Positions 56,803 to 64,000 of a DNA stretch of 64,000 bases are shown here, piece after piece (position 1 is the first letter of the stretch; each line of letters begins with the position of its first letter). The stretch is from the sequence record OL744216.1. One strand, written 5' to 3'. This DNA comes from Enterobacter phage vB_ExiM_F4M1E. Position numbers and translations under genes: made by a program. The notes below the pieces were generated by a model, which saw nothing but the letters and a program-made list of their open reading frames with translations, was not told where the DNA came from and searched no databases.

Positions 56803-57077
56803 CAAAAACCCCCGTCTTCTTCCAAAAACGCACGTGACATTTCGGCATCACGAATTTGAGCCGAGATCTCAGCATAAATCACTTGACGGGGAATGTCAAT
56901 GTCCAGCACATCACCTTCGAAGTAGACGGCAACCGAAATGATGTCGAGGTAATCCTCAGCATCCCAGTCGCTTGCGGCATTAGGAATGCCCTTATACAGC
57001 ATCACTTCGGCTTCGACTACAACTTCCTGACCGAAATCCTTGTGAAAATATGGGAACTCTACAGTTGTGCTACGCAT
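56802..57077 (-). CDS. acidic protein
   Basis: 91 aa, Asp/Glu-rich (DWDAEDYLDIIS...EGDVLDIDIP...EEDGGF). Confidence 0.45.
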   Translation of the reverse strand: MRSTTVEFPYFHKDFGQEVVVEAEVMLYKGIPNAASDWDAEDYLDIISVAVYFEGDVLDIDIPRQVIYAEISAQIRDAEMSRAFLEEDGGF

Positions 57078-57112
57078 GATAACTCCTTATTGATGATTTC
57101 TTAACTGATCTG

Positions 57113-57319
57113 TTACTTCTTGCCGGAAATTTGGTCTTCTCTGACCTGTGTTTTAACTCCATCCGGCATTTCGACCAGATAAGCATTGCAGGTCAGGTAT
57201 TCCTGTTGAAGCAGGACCTTACCTTCCCCGCGATAATCCCAGCGCTGATTGCCCTGGTCAAAGAGAACAACGTCGTTGATCTCATACGCAAAAACAGGTT
57301 TCACCAGATATGCTCCCAA
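57113..57319 (-). CDS. hypothetical protein
   Basis: 68 aa. Confidence 0.4.
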   Translation of the reverse strand: MGAYLVKPVFAYEINDVVLFDQGNQRWDYRGEGKVLLQQEYLTCNAYLVEMPDGVKTQVREDQISGKK

Positions 57320-57480
57320 TACCTACCATCGTTAGTAACGATGTGTGAATAACCAACCCGGACACACACCACCCGGCGAGCGTCGATATTCTTGGCAGTG
57401 ATCACCCTGATGTACGGCAAACCGACAATAAGAATGAACAAGGATACCATGAATATTGCCAAAGGAATAAGCATAATCAT
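57301..57480 (-). CDS. small membrane protein (59 aa, below cutoff)
   Basis: MIMLIPLAIFMVSLFILIVGLPYIRVITAKNIDARRVVCVRVGYSHIVTNDGRYWEHIW; ATGA overlap with the upstream stop; a better candidate than the overlapping track ORF 57332-57514. Confidence 0.3.
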   Translation of the reverse strand: MIMLIPLAIFMVSLFILIVGLPYIRVITAKNIDARRVVCVRVGYSHIVTNDGRYWEHIW

Positions 57481-57692
57481 CGGAACTCCACCGCAGATAC
57501 CTTTTCGAAACCATCCTCTGCGAGGTGCTTTTCGAACAGCTTCAGTAAACGTTCAGGGGTCGTACAGGCGCTCCCCGGGTAAATCAACCACATATAACCC
57601 TCAGCACAGTTCAGGTTGATGGCGTACCCAAGGCCAGCGGCCCGATCAAAATCCCCTTCACCCTTCTTCACCAAACAACGGACATCTTTCAT
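57477..57692 (-). CDS. hypothetical protein
   Basis: 71 aa. Confidence 0.4.
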   Translation of the reverse strand: MKDVRCLVKKGEGDFDRAAGLGYAINLNCAEGYMWLIYPGSACTTPERLLKLFEKHLAEDGFEKVSAVEFR

Positions 57693-57958
57693 GTTGGCCT
57701 CGTGTGTGGATGATCAGGGGCAACATACCCGGAGATAATCTGCACGAGGTGGGTACGCATCTGTTGCGTGGCCCCGTACTTATTCATCGCCGACATGATG
57801 TCGATGATCATTTGGTTGAACAAATGAGGCTTCAGTCGAGGAGTTTCACGCTCACGCTGTAAAAGCTCCTCAATCGCGCTCTCAGCGATTTCTGCCATTT
57901 GCTGGGCGTTTCCATGACATGCCTCGTCAAAACGCTCCCAGTGGCGATCTGCGGTCAT
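57689..57958 (-). CDS. hypothetical protein
   Basis: Start at MTADRHW (weak RBS); alternative GTG start at 57988. Confidence 0.35.
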   Translation of the reverse strand: MTADRHWERFDEACHGNAQQMAEIAESAIEELLQRERETPRLKPHLFNQMIIDIMSAMNKYGATQQMRTHLVQIISGYVAPDHPHTRPT

Positions 57959-57965
57959 TCTGACC

Positions 57966-58130
57966 CTATTCTGCTGCTCGCTTCCCACGGATCTCGATCT
58001 CCAGCTTAATGTTGATCAACATCTGTTCCAAGTCTGCCTTTTGCTTCTCTACACGGCGAAGATCATCACGGCCCAGATCACGCAGGGCCAGAAGGTGACT
58101 CATGGACAGATTGCTCAGGTCTTTAGTCAT
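57966..58130 (-). CDS. small coiled-coil protein
   Basis: 54 aa from MTKDLS after GAGGAG; ATGACTAA overlap with the upstream stop; the track's 104-aa version is a spurious extension. Confidence 0.4.
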   Translation of the reverse strand: MTKDLSNLSMSHLLALRDLGRDDLRRVEKQKADLEQMLINIKLEIEIRGKRAAE

Positions 58131-58551
58131 TGAGAGACTCCTCATATTTTTCCACCAAAGCATCAACAAAGTGGGCATGGTGAATACATGCAGATGCACA
58201 TCCGTCTTTGTGAAGCTCTTCAGAGATTTCTCTACGAAGTTCTGCCGCAGGACCAACAATATTGCGGACGTGTTTGTCAAACGACTCCCAAGCGTTGGCC
58301 CGGCCCTCTTTGCCGGGGTCTCGTTTCGCCGTGTCGATTACGAAACAACCCTCGCCCCGGCGAAGCTCGTCGGAAGAAGAACGGTACATGGACCCGGTTT
58401 TACCGGAGAAGAAAACGGATTTCTCCGTCATCTTCGTAATCACCGCCATCTCGAACGGCTTGGCTCCGGCGTTACCCCGGGAAAAGGCGATGTGGTCACC
58501 CACACGCGCCTCAATTCCGAAACAGTCCTTAATCACCACACACCTCGACAT
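58123..58551 (-). CDS. hypothetical protein (Cys/His cluster)
   Basis: Start at MSRCVV; DGCASACIHHAHF. Confidence 0.4.
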   Translation of the reverse strand: MSRCVVIKDCFGIEARVGDHIAFSRGNAGAKPFEMAVITKMTEKSVFFSGKTGSMYRSSSDELRRGEGCFVIDTAKRDPGKEGRANAWESFDKHVRNIVGPAAELRREISEELHKDGCASACIHHAHFVDALVEKYEESLND

Positions 58552-58747
58552 CAGTTTCGAAACAGAAGAAGCCCTCGCATACCGTGCCGTCTTGGCGGGT
58601 AAAGTTGACGATGACCTCATCGTCGTCGGCGTCAATAGAGACTACGACGCCCTTATCCCCCGGATTAACCCCGTCGAGGCTGTAATCTTGCAGGTTTTCC
58701 GGATTGAAGATAACCTTTTCGCCTACCGCTACCAGTTTGTTGCTCAT
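58529..58747 (-). CDS. hypothetical protein
   Basis: 72 aa; ATGA overlap with the helicase stop. Confidence 0.4.
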   Translation of the reverse strand: MSNKLVAVGEKVIFNPENLQDYSLDGVNPGDKGVVVSIDADDDEVIVNFTRQDGTVCEGFFCFETDVEVCGD

Positions 58748-60105
58748 ACCTCACCTCCAAAAATTTCAGGGAACGTTTCATGATAGAACTTACGGACACC
58801 CTGGTCAACAATAATGTCCTTCACACGCAGGCGCTTCATCAGGCGAAGACCTTCAGTGCTCGTTGCTCGGGACAGCATAACATAGGCTTGGCCCGGCGTG
58901 AAGGTGCCGAAACCTAAATCAATGTTCACTTTGCCCAGCGTCAGGCCCTGTGCTTTGTGTCCGGTGATAGCATAGCCCAATTTGAACGGGAATTGCAAGT
59001 ATTTCCCGATCTCTTTGTCAACCAGAACGGTTTGCTTCTCCATCACCTTGACAGTCTGCTTGGTGCCGTCTTCCAGTTCGATCTCTTTTTCAACCTGAAC
59101 CATCTTTTCTTCCGGGACCTGTGTCACGTTGGTCCACTCGTACTTGCCGATATGGATCGGCTTGCCGTCAATGTCCACGATGACGAAGGTCTTGGCGATT
59201 TTCTTGATGATCCCTACCGTACCGTTAACGTAATCTGGCTCCTTTTTCTTCTGGTCATTGTCGTTCACAACGATCATGACCTTCAGACCTTCTTTCAGGT
59301 TCAGAACTTCGTTGACCGGGCGCTCCGGGAACTCACCTGAGATCTTGGCTTCGAAAACATGAGGCTCGGCCTTGATCTTCTCAAACTCGCGCTGATTGAT
59401 TTGCTCTGCCAGTTTGTTGGTGGTTGTCAGAGTGACAGCACCTGGCAACGCCGGGCCGAAGCACTTCTCGTTGAAGTAATCAACTGCCGCACCAACATTA
59501 TTACCCACACGAATGTTGTTCAGGTGTTCAGCAAACACCGGGTCGGTCTGTCGGTGGACCTTCGGCAGATACGCATTCGTGAAATTCAGTTCGTTCCAGA
59601 TATCGCAGCCGAACGGGATTTCATTACCATGCAATTCACGGAACATCGCCGTTTCTTCACGCTTCAGCACAGGCTTGATCTGGAAGCCGTCGCCAAACAT
59701 GATGACCTGAAGACCACCAAAAGGCTTATTTACCTTACGATGATAGCGCAGTTTCATGTCGATCTCACGCAGCTTGTCACTACGGGTCATAGAGATCTCG
59801 TCAAAGACGATAGCATCTAACGCATCTGACGCCATCAGCATCGCAGGCTTCTTAGACTTCGCTTTGTAGTCTTCCTTGGTTGTAACACCAAAGGTAAGGC
59901 CAAATGCCTTATGGGTGGTAATGCCGTTAATATTCAGCGCCGCAATCCCGGTTGGTGCAACAAACAGGAAGCTGTCGGCAAAGAACTCACGCAGAGTGGC
60001 GATCATCAAACTCTTGCCCGAACCACCCGGGCCTGTGATGAACACGTTTTCACCTGCCATGATGGCTCGCATTGCTTCTTCGTTACCAATTACTGTCTTA
60101 CCCAT
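58744..60105 (-). CDS. SF1B DNA helicase (Dda / Pif1 / RecD-like)
   Basis: 453 aa; Walker A GPGGSGKS at residue ~25; motif II-like region VFDEISM. Confidence 0.85.
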   Translation of the reverse strand: MGKTVIGNEEAMRAIMAGENVFITGPGGSGKSLMIATLREFFADSFLFVAPTGIAALNINGITTHKAFGLTFGVTTKEDYKAKSKKPAMLMASDALDAIVFDEISMTRSDKLREIDMKLRYHRKVNKPFGGLQVIMFGDGFQIKPVLKREETAMFRELHGNEIPFGCDIWNELNFTNAYLPKVHRQTDPVFAEHLNNIRVGNNVGAAVDYFNEKCFGPALPGAVTLTTTNKLAEQINQREFEKIKAEPHVFEAKISGEFPERPVNEVLNLKEGLKVMIVVNDNDQKKKEPDYVNGTVGIIKKIAKTFVIVDIDGKPIHIGKYEWTNVTQVPEEKMVQVEKEIELEDGTKQTVKVMEKQTVLVDKEIGKYLQFPFKLGYAITGHKAQGLTLGKVNIDLGFGTFTPGQAYVMLSRATSTEGLRLMKRLRVKDIIVDQGVRKFYHETFPEIFGGEV

Positions 60106-60290
60106 TACGCCTCTGCCTCAAATTTTGTGGTACTGATGATTTTGGCCTCACTGATTTCAATATTCGTGTGACCTTTCTTCGCCAAACGGCTGGCCTTCAG
60201 TGTTGCCGCCTGCGGATCGTCAACCTTGGCGCGAACGCTTTGACCATAGCCCGCATCGGATGATACCAGAAAAACAGACTTCTCTTCCAT
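60105..60290 (-). CDS. hypothetical protein
   Basis: 61 aa; TAATG coupling to the helicase. Confidence 0.4.
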   Translation of the reverse strand: MEEKSVFLVSSDAGYGQSVRAKVDDPQAATLKASRLAKKGHTNIEISEAKIISTTKFEAEA

Positions 60291-60299
60291 AAAACCCCC

Positions 60300-60497
60300 T
60301 TATTCGTTACCCACGGTATGGATAAATAGGTTTAAAACTATTGCCACGCCAGTTAACAGCCCGCCGAAGAACATGACCAGCGGAACCTCATTGGCAAAAG
60401 GAGAGGCCATGAGTTCAGGGAACATCTTTTCAACACCCCATTTTCCCAAGCCGATCCAAATCAAGGCATTTACCACCACTGCAATAAGAAATCTCAT
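60300..60497 (-). CDS. holin-like small membrane protein
   Basis: 65 aa with two TM helices; start overlaps the hydrolase stop (ATGA); RBS AAGGAG. Confidence 0.45.
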   Translation of the reverse strand: MRFLIAVVVNALIWIGLGKWGVEKMFPELMASPFANEVPLVMFFGGLLTGVAIVLNLFIHTVGNE

Positions 60498-61024
60498 GCT
60501 TTCATCTCCTTGGGTTTATAAAATACATGGTAGCCGATAGTGGCTGTCTTCGTAAAGAACTTTCTCCAGTATGGTTTGACCTTCTTCGTGTGGAAGTGAG
60601 TTGCGCCATGTGTTGGGTCCAGCTTGTTATACAATACATCATTGTTCCGGATCTTGTAAAGGAATTTCGCAATATCCTGTGCAACCATCCAAGACTCTTT
60701 ATCACGAACGGCGTACCCGCTACGGATCATCGTCCAAGAGAATTGAGAGGATTGATATACGACTTTCCTCACTGACTCCGGATAACCGTCATGTTTCAGC
60801 CTGTTCAGAGTAACAAATCCAACCGCCATCTGTCCACTGATATTTTCCCCACGCGACTCGAAATAAATATTGCAGGCCAAGGCATTGACCGACGAGTCAT
60901 TCTTTTTGCACACATGAACAACCGGGGCGAGCTTTTTCTTCGGTGTATTCTCTTTAGCTAAGGCGGATGCCGGGGCTAAAGAAAGTACGCTGGCTGCAAT
61001 GAGGGCAGCGGTGCTCTTTCTCAT
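60494..61024 (-). CDS. SleB/Hydrolase_2-family cell wall hydrolase with Sec signal peptide (endolysin candidate)
   Basis: Start at MRKSTAALIAASVLSLAPASALA (AxA cleavage site); ALACNIYFESRGE...GQMAVGFVTLNRL matches the SleB-type lytic domain. Confidence 0.7.
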   Translation of the reverse strand: MRKSTAALIAASVLSLAPASALAKENTPKKKLAPVVHVCKKNDSSVNALACNIYFESRGENISGQMAVGFVTLNRLKHDGYPESVRKVVYQSSQFSWTMIRSGYAVRDKESWMVAQDIAKFLYKIRNNDVLYNKLDPTHGATHFHTKKVKPYWRKFFTKTATIGYHVFYKPKEMKA

Positions 61025-61073
61025 ACAAACTCCTAAATAAGAAAGGCCCAGTTTATCACTGAGCCTTTGGAAG

Positions 61074-61454
61074 TCAAGCCTTTTTGGAGGCTTGAGCGAG
61101 GACGCCCTTCTTAACATCTTCCCAAAGGGAATTGAGGAAAGGGTCGTTCTTGATCACATCCGGATACCAAGGCCCGTAGATACGGTATACGGAATCCACA
61201 GTGATCGCATACAACTGCCCGCCATTAACTGCGAGGCCAGTTACGTAGCCCGTTCGGACTTGGGTGCCATCTTTGCCAGTCTTCCGGCGCTTCGCCTCAT
61301 TGAACTCGATATAGCCCGTCAATGTAACGATCTTCTCGGGGACTTGCAGGTCGGGCAGCTTTTCATGATTGATTAGCTGATTACCGGACTTGCTGCCCTC
61401 CAGGCAAAGATTACCCCCGTACTTCTTGCCGTACTTCCTGGCAAACTCAGCCAT
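61074..61454 (-). CDS. hypothetical protein
   Basis: Start at MAEFARK, 1 nt after the macrodomain stop. Confidence 0.4.
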   Translation of the reverse strand: MAEFARKYGKKYGGNLCLEGSKSGNQLINHEKLPDLQVPEKIVTLTGYIEFNEAKRRKTGKDGTQVRTGYVTGLAVNGGQLYAITVDSVYRIYGPWYPDVIKNDPFLNSLWEDVKKGVLAQASKKA

Positions 61455-61455
61455 T

Positions 61456-61977
61456 TTAGTCGTGGACAATTTCACTCTCCTTCAGAACATAGATGGTCAC
61501 ATCGAAGTCTCGCAGGCGACCCTCGATCATCCGGGAGATGATACCCCAATCACCCCCGGCAAGTCCAGCCCCGATTTTAGGCAGACCGATCTTCAGATCG
61601 TGGGTTGGCATGTCAAGAATACGACACTTGGCATGAAGAGACACCGCCATCGCTGACAGCGCCGAACGCAGTGCCCAGTAATCGAGGTCCATCTTACCCT
61701 CTTTGCGACCCGTGAAGGTGTACTGGCTGTACAGGTTGTACACCAGCAGACCATTCTCGGAGAACGCGCAGGATAATGTCCCCAACTTTGCCTTATCTCC
61801 CCGTACTGTCATCTGGTCCGCCGTCCATGCCTCTGGGAACGCCTCGGCTATCTTCGGGGCAATACCAGACTTCATTGTATTCATGCAGTTGCAGCCGTGG
61901 GCGATGACATTCACCTCCCCGGCCTTTGCAGCCGTGATCAGGTTGCCTACCTTGTACCGTATTTTACCACATGGCAT
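61456..61977 (-). CDS. TARG1/DarG-type macrodomain protein (ADP-ribosyl hydrolase candidate)
   Basis: VNVIAHGCNCMNTMKSGIAPKIAEAF and DLKIGLPKIGAGLAGGDWGIISRMIE parallel the TARG1 motifs AHCISEDCRMGAGIA and MPRIGCGLDRLQWENV; start at MPCGK directly after the upstream stop (TAAGATG). Confidence 0.7.
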   Translation of the reverse strand: MPCGKIRYKVGNLITAAKAGEVNVIAHGCNCMNTMKSGIAPKIAEAFPEAWTADQMTVRGDKAKLGTLSCAFSENGLLVYNLYSQYTFTGRKEGKMDLDYWALRSALSAMAVSLHAKCRILDMPTHDLKIGLPKIGAGLAGGDWGIISRMIEGRLRDFDVTIYVLKESEIVHD

Positions 61978-61978
61978 C

Positions 61979-62191
61979 TTAAAGTTCACCTCGCTTCGCT
62001 CTCTGGCAGATCTGGAGAACATCGTAGCACGACTGCTTCACAATCCAAGGCTCCCCACGATACAGGGTGATGAGGGTCCCTTTACGATCTGTCCCCTCGA
62101 TCTGTGTCACTTGTGGGTGAAACTCCCGGATATTTGCAACATCGAGGCAGATCGATTCCTCAGAAGCCAGTTGATTGAGATATACAAACAT
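61979..62191 (-). CDS. hypothetical protein
   Basis: 70 aa. Confidence 0.4.
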   Translation of the reverse strand: MFVYLNQLASEESICLDVANIREFHPQVTQIEGTDRKGTLITLYRGEPWIVKQSCYDVLQICQRAKRGEL

Positions 62192-62199
62192 GAACCCTC

Positions 62200-62466
62200 C
62201 TACAGGTATTGGCTTTCAAGCCACTGCGCCGCCTCGTCAGGTGACTTACAGTCTCGCTTTTCGTTGATGGTAAACCAGCCGTCGATGCAATTACACGCCC
62301 AGTCTTCCTCGTCCTCTTCCTCCGCACGTTCTTGAACCTCAACATGCCAAGTGCCGTCCCAGCTCTGGTCGATAATTACCTGAACCTCATTGTGGAGTTC
62401 TTTTTCCACACGGTCAGCAACCTCATTGAACTGGTCCATAATATCAATTTCATTTTCCACTTTCAA
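62200..62466 (-). CDS. acidic protein
   Basis: 88 aa; EEEDEEDWACNCIDGW. Confidence 0.4.
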   Translation of the reverse strand: MKVENEIDIMDQFNEVADRVEKELHNEVQVIIDQSWDGTWHVEVQERAEEEDEEDWACNCIDGWFTINEKRDCKSPDEAAQWLESQYL

Positions 62467-62827
62467 TCTCCTTCAGTTTGAGAGACAGAGCCTCAACCTC
62501 ACGCTTGAGGTCTTCAGCCTTCAACACTGTTCGGGACCACTCTTGGGCTTTATCCATGAGTTGCCTACCAATAGCGATCGCCTCTGTAGCGCACACAATT
62601 TCGCCTTTACTATAGCGAACCTTGACAGTCCTGTTGTATGGCACAGCACACCAACCCACCGCACCAAGGTTAGTGTAGTGGCTGAATTTGTACGGCCCCC
62701 AAACTTTACCCGTCTTTTGGTTGAAGACCCAAAAGTCATCACCCCATTTCAGTTGTGGGTTCCAACTTTTATCGATCTCGTCCTGATATCGGTAGTCACT
62801 CGGTTTGTATTCCGGTCGTCTGCTCAT
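62450..62827 (-). CDS. hypothetical protein
   Basis: 125 aa. Confidence 0.4.
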   Translation of the reverse strand: MSRRPEYKPSDYRYQDEIDKSWNPQLKWGDDFWVFNQKTGKVWGPYKFSHYTNLGAVGWCAVPYNRTVKVRYSKGEIVCATEAIAIGRQLMDKAQEWSRTVLKAEDLKREVEALSLKLKEIESGK

Positions 62828-63270
62828 TCTTCAGACCCCATCATGTTGAGTTTACGGCCCGCCCGCATCTCTAAAAATGCTTTCAGGTCCCCAAACTTCC
62901 CTGTCGCCACCGCTCCCGCTGGCGCTCGGTTGTAGTCCCAGGCTTCCTTCGCCTCCTCGATATCACCAACACGGGCTTCGATCTGCTTTCTCAGAGAATA
63001 CGCAGAATAGCCAGAACGGATGACTCTGGGCGGAACATAGCGAATAATACCTGCATCAATTGCACGTTGGGACATTGCGACCTTGTTCCTGTGCATCTTG
63101 ATACATTTCACTACGTACTCCTCGAACTCTTTCTTGAACGCCGGATGGATCAGTGCCTCCGGGGCATAGAAATGCACCACACGATATTGACCATCCTCAC
63201 CTTTGAGGTACTGAATCTCTGGACGACCAAATTGCACTGTCACATCAAAATCTTCAATCGTAAATTTCAT
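62824..63270 (-). CDS. hypothetical protein
   Basis: 148 aa. Confidence 0.4.
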   Translation of the reverse strand: MKFTIEDFDVTVQFGRPEIQYLKGEDGQYRVVHFYAPEALIHPAFKKEFEEYVVKCIKMHRNKVAMSQRAIDAGIIRYVPPRVIRSGYSAYSLRKQIEARVGDIEEAKEAWDYNRAPAGAVATGKFGDLKAFLEMRAGRKLNMMGSEE

Positions 63271-63276
63271 CTAAAA

Positions 63277-63305
63277 AGCCCTCTCTGTTTCCAATGAGGG
63301 CAGAT
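63277..63305 (-). terminator. possible terminator (minus strand)
   Basis: Minus strand: GCCCTC-attggaaaca-GAGGGC followed by ttttt. Confidence 0.4.
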
Positions 63306-63313
63306 TACATGAC

Positions 63314-63505
63314 TTACTCTTCGGTGTCAACCTTTTCGACGAACACAATGTCGCCATATTTCAGCTTACGACGAGAGTCATCGTCATTTTCAACACGGTT
63401 CACGTTGAAAGAACCCTTGGCATTAGAGCGTCGCCAGCCGGACGCGCCGCCAAACTGAGTGCATAAAGCACGAAAGTCTTCGCTGGACACTTCGATCTTG
63501 TGCAT
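63314..63505 (-). CDS. hypothetical protein
   Basis: 63 aa. Confidence 0.35.
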   Translation of the reverse strand: MHKIEVSSEDFRALCTQFGGASGWRRSNAKGSFNVNRVENDDDSRRKLKYGDIVFVEKVDTEE

Positions 63506-63828
63506 TACAGGCTCCCCGGCAGTACCAGTTTAGGACCTTCACCTTTCTTCGACTCACGGATACGTTCACGGACGTAAACCTCGATGTCGGTAGGACGCCA
63601 CAGTTCAACCGCAACAACCTGGAAGCGACCAATGTGGGCACCCGGCTGCTTGTCCATGTGACTCGCCATCAGCTTCGCACTGTCTTCATCAGCGAAGACT
63701 GCCTTGACCGTGATCGCATGACCGTCATCCGTCTGACCGAGGCTCATGGAGGGCACATTGTGCCCGGCGGCAGTATCATCAATCGCAAACATGAGGGTAG
63801 TCCCGCAAACGGTATTAGTCAGTTCCAT
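63505..63828 (-). CDS. hypothetical protein
   Basis: Start at MELTNT after GGAGAAAATTG; the track's N-terminal extension overlaps the upstream partial gene. Confidence 0.4.
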   Translation of the reverse strand: MELTNTVCGTTLMFAIDDTAAGHNVPSMSLGQTDDGHAITVKAVFADEDSAKLMASHMDKQPGAHIGRFQVVAVELWRPTDIEVYVRERIRESKKGEGPKLVLPGSL

Positions 63829-64000
63829 CAATTTTCTCCACTTTGTCGCCAAAACAGGCCATGAAAGTACGGCCTTCATCACCACCGAACGGGATCATTA
63901 CCTGAGTCCCGATCACAATTGCATCATCGCTTGCCAAAATAGGCTGGCTCATGATGGCTTTTCCGAGTATATCCCAGTCACATGCGTACCGGAAAGTGTC
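63815..64000 (-). CDS. partial ORF running off the window end
   Basis: Open minus-strand frame ...MIPFGGDEGRTFMACFGDKVEKIDGTD*; its stop is 10 nt downstream (ACTAA 1-nt overlap) of the next gene's ATG; 5' end lies outside the window. Confidence 0.3.
   Translation of the reverse strand, partial: DTFRYACDWDILGKAIMSQPILASDDAIVIGTQVMIPFGGDEGRTFMACFGDKVEKIDGTD

Noticed and set aside
57332-57514. 60-aa track ORF on the minus strand
   Set aside because: It overlaps two better-supported genes (57301-57480 and 57477-57692) out of frame and has no RBS; replaced by the 59-aa membrane-peptide frame.
1-64000. tRNA, rRNA, integrase/att or transposase features
   Set aside because: No intergenic gap exceeds ~120 nt and none shows tRNA-like T-arm/anticodon architecture; no integrase, transposase or inverted-repeat-bounded element was seen.

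Overview
The window is almost entirely a contiguous stretch of a contractile-tailed (myovirus-like) dsDNA phage genome from a gamma-proteobacterial-type host (about 50% GC, enteric-like codon usage). No rRNA, tRNA, CRISPR array or transposon was found.

Positions 1-32765 (+ strand) carry the late/structural operons:
- large terminase, portal, an XkdF-like protease candidate, scaffold, a gpD-like decoration protein and a lambda gpE-like capsid protein;
- a terminator-bracketed fibre cassette (6394-11447) whose main product is a 1117-aa collagen-like / side-tail-fibre-repeat protein, followed by a small collagen-like protein;
- neck genes, tail sheath, tail tube, and a tail-assembly chaperone with a textbook -1 frameshift site (T_TTT_TTC) that fuses it to a downstream ORF;
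- tape measure protein and a Mu/P2-like baseplate (hub, gpV-like spike ending HTHG, gpW/gp25-like, gpJ-like, gpI-like);
- a collar + Big_2 tail fibre with a perfect 126-bp tandem duplication, a Tfa-like protein, three membrane proteins, a 1086-aa beta-helical fibre and an RCC1-like gene.

Positions 32808-64000 (- strand) are one long early/replication block:
- an SSB ending ...DDDIPF, family-A DNA polymerase, T7 gp4-like primase-helicase and a Dda/Pif1-like helicase;
- a SleB-family hydrolase with a Sec signal peptide, translationally coupled to a holin-like gene;
- about 70 small ORFs, many joined by ATGA/TAATG overlaps, several below the 60-aa cutoff of the ORF track.

Candidate counter-defence or DNA-modification genes in this block:
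- a TARG1/DarG-type macrodomain;
- a DUF4326-like CxC...CHGD protein;
- a Lar-family restriction-alleviation protein;
- a short divergent C5-methyltransferase-like protein (PSC/ENP motifs);
- a 2OG-Fe(II)-oxygenase-like protein (HxD);
- a 667-aa orphan protein on its own promoter/terminator island;
- a membrane protein with a C-terminal collagen triple-helix segment next to a lipoprotein;
- two paralogous LamG-like proteins.

Early promoters recur as TTGACTTC-N16/17-TAnAnT on the minus strand, and terminators are GC stems with UUCG tetraloops.
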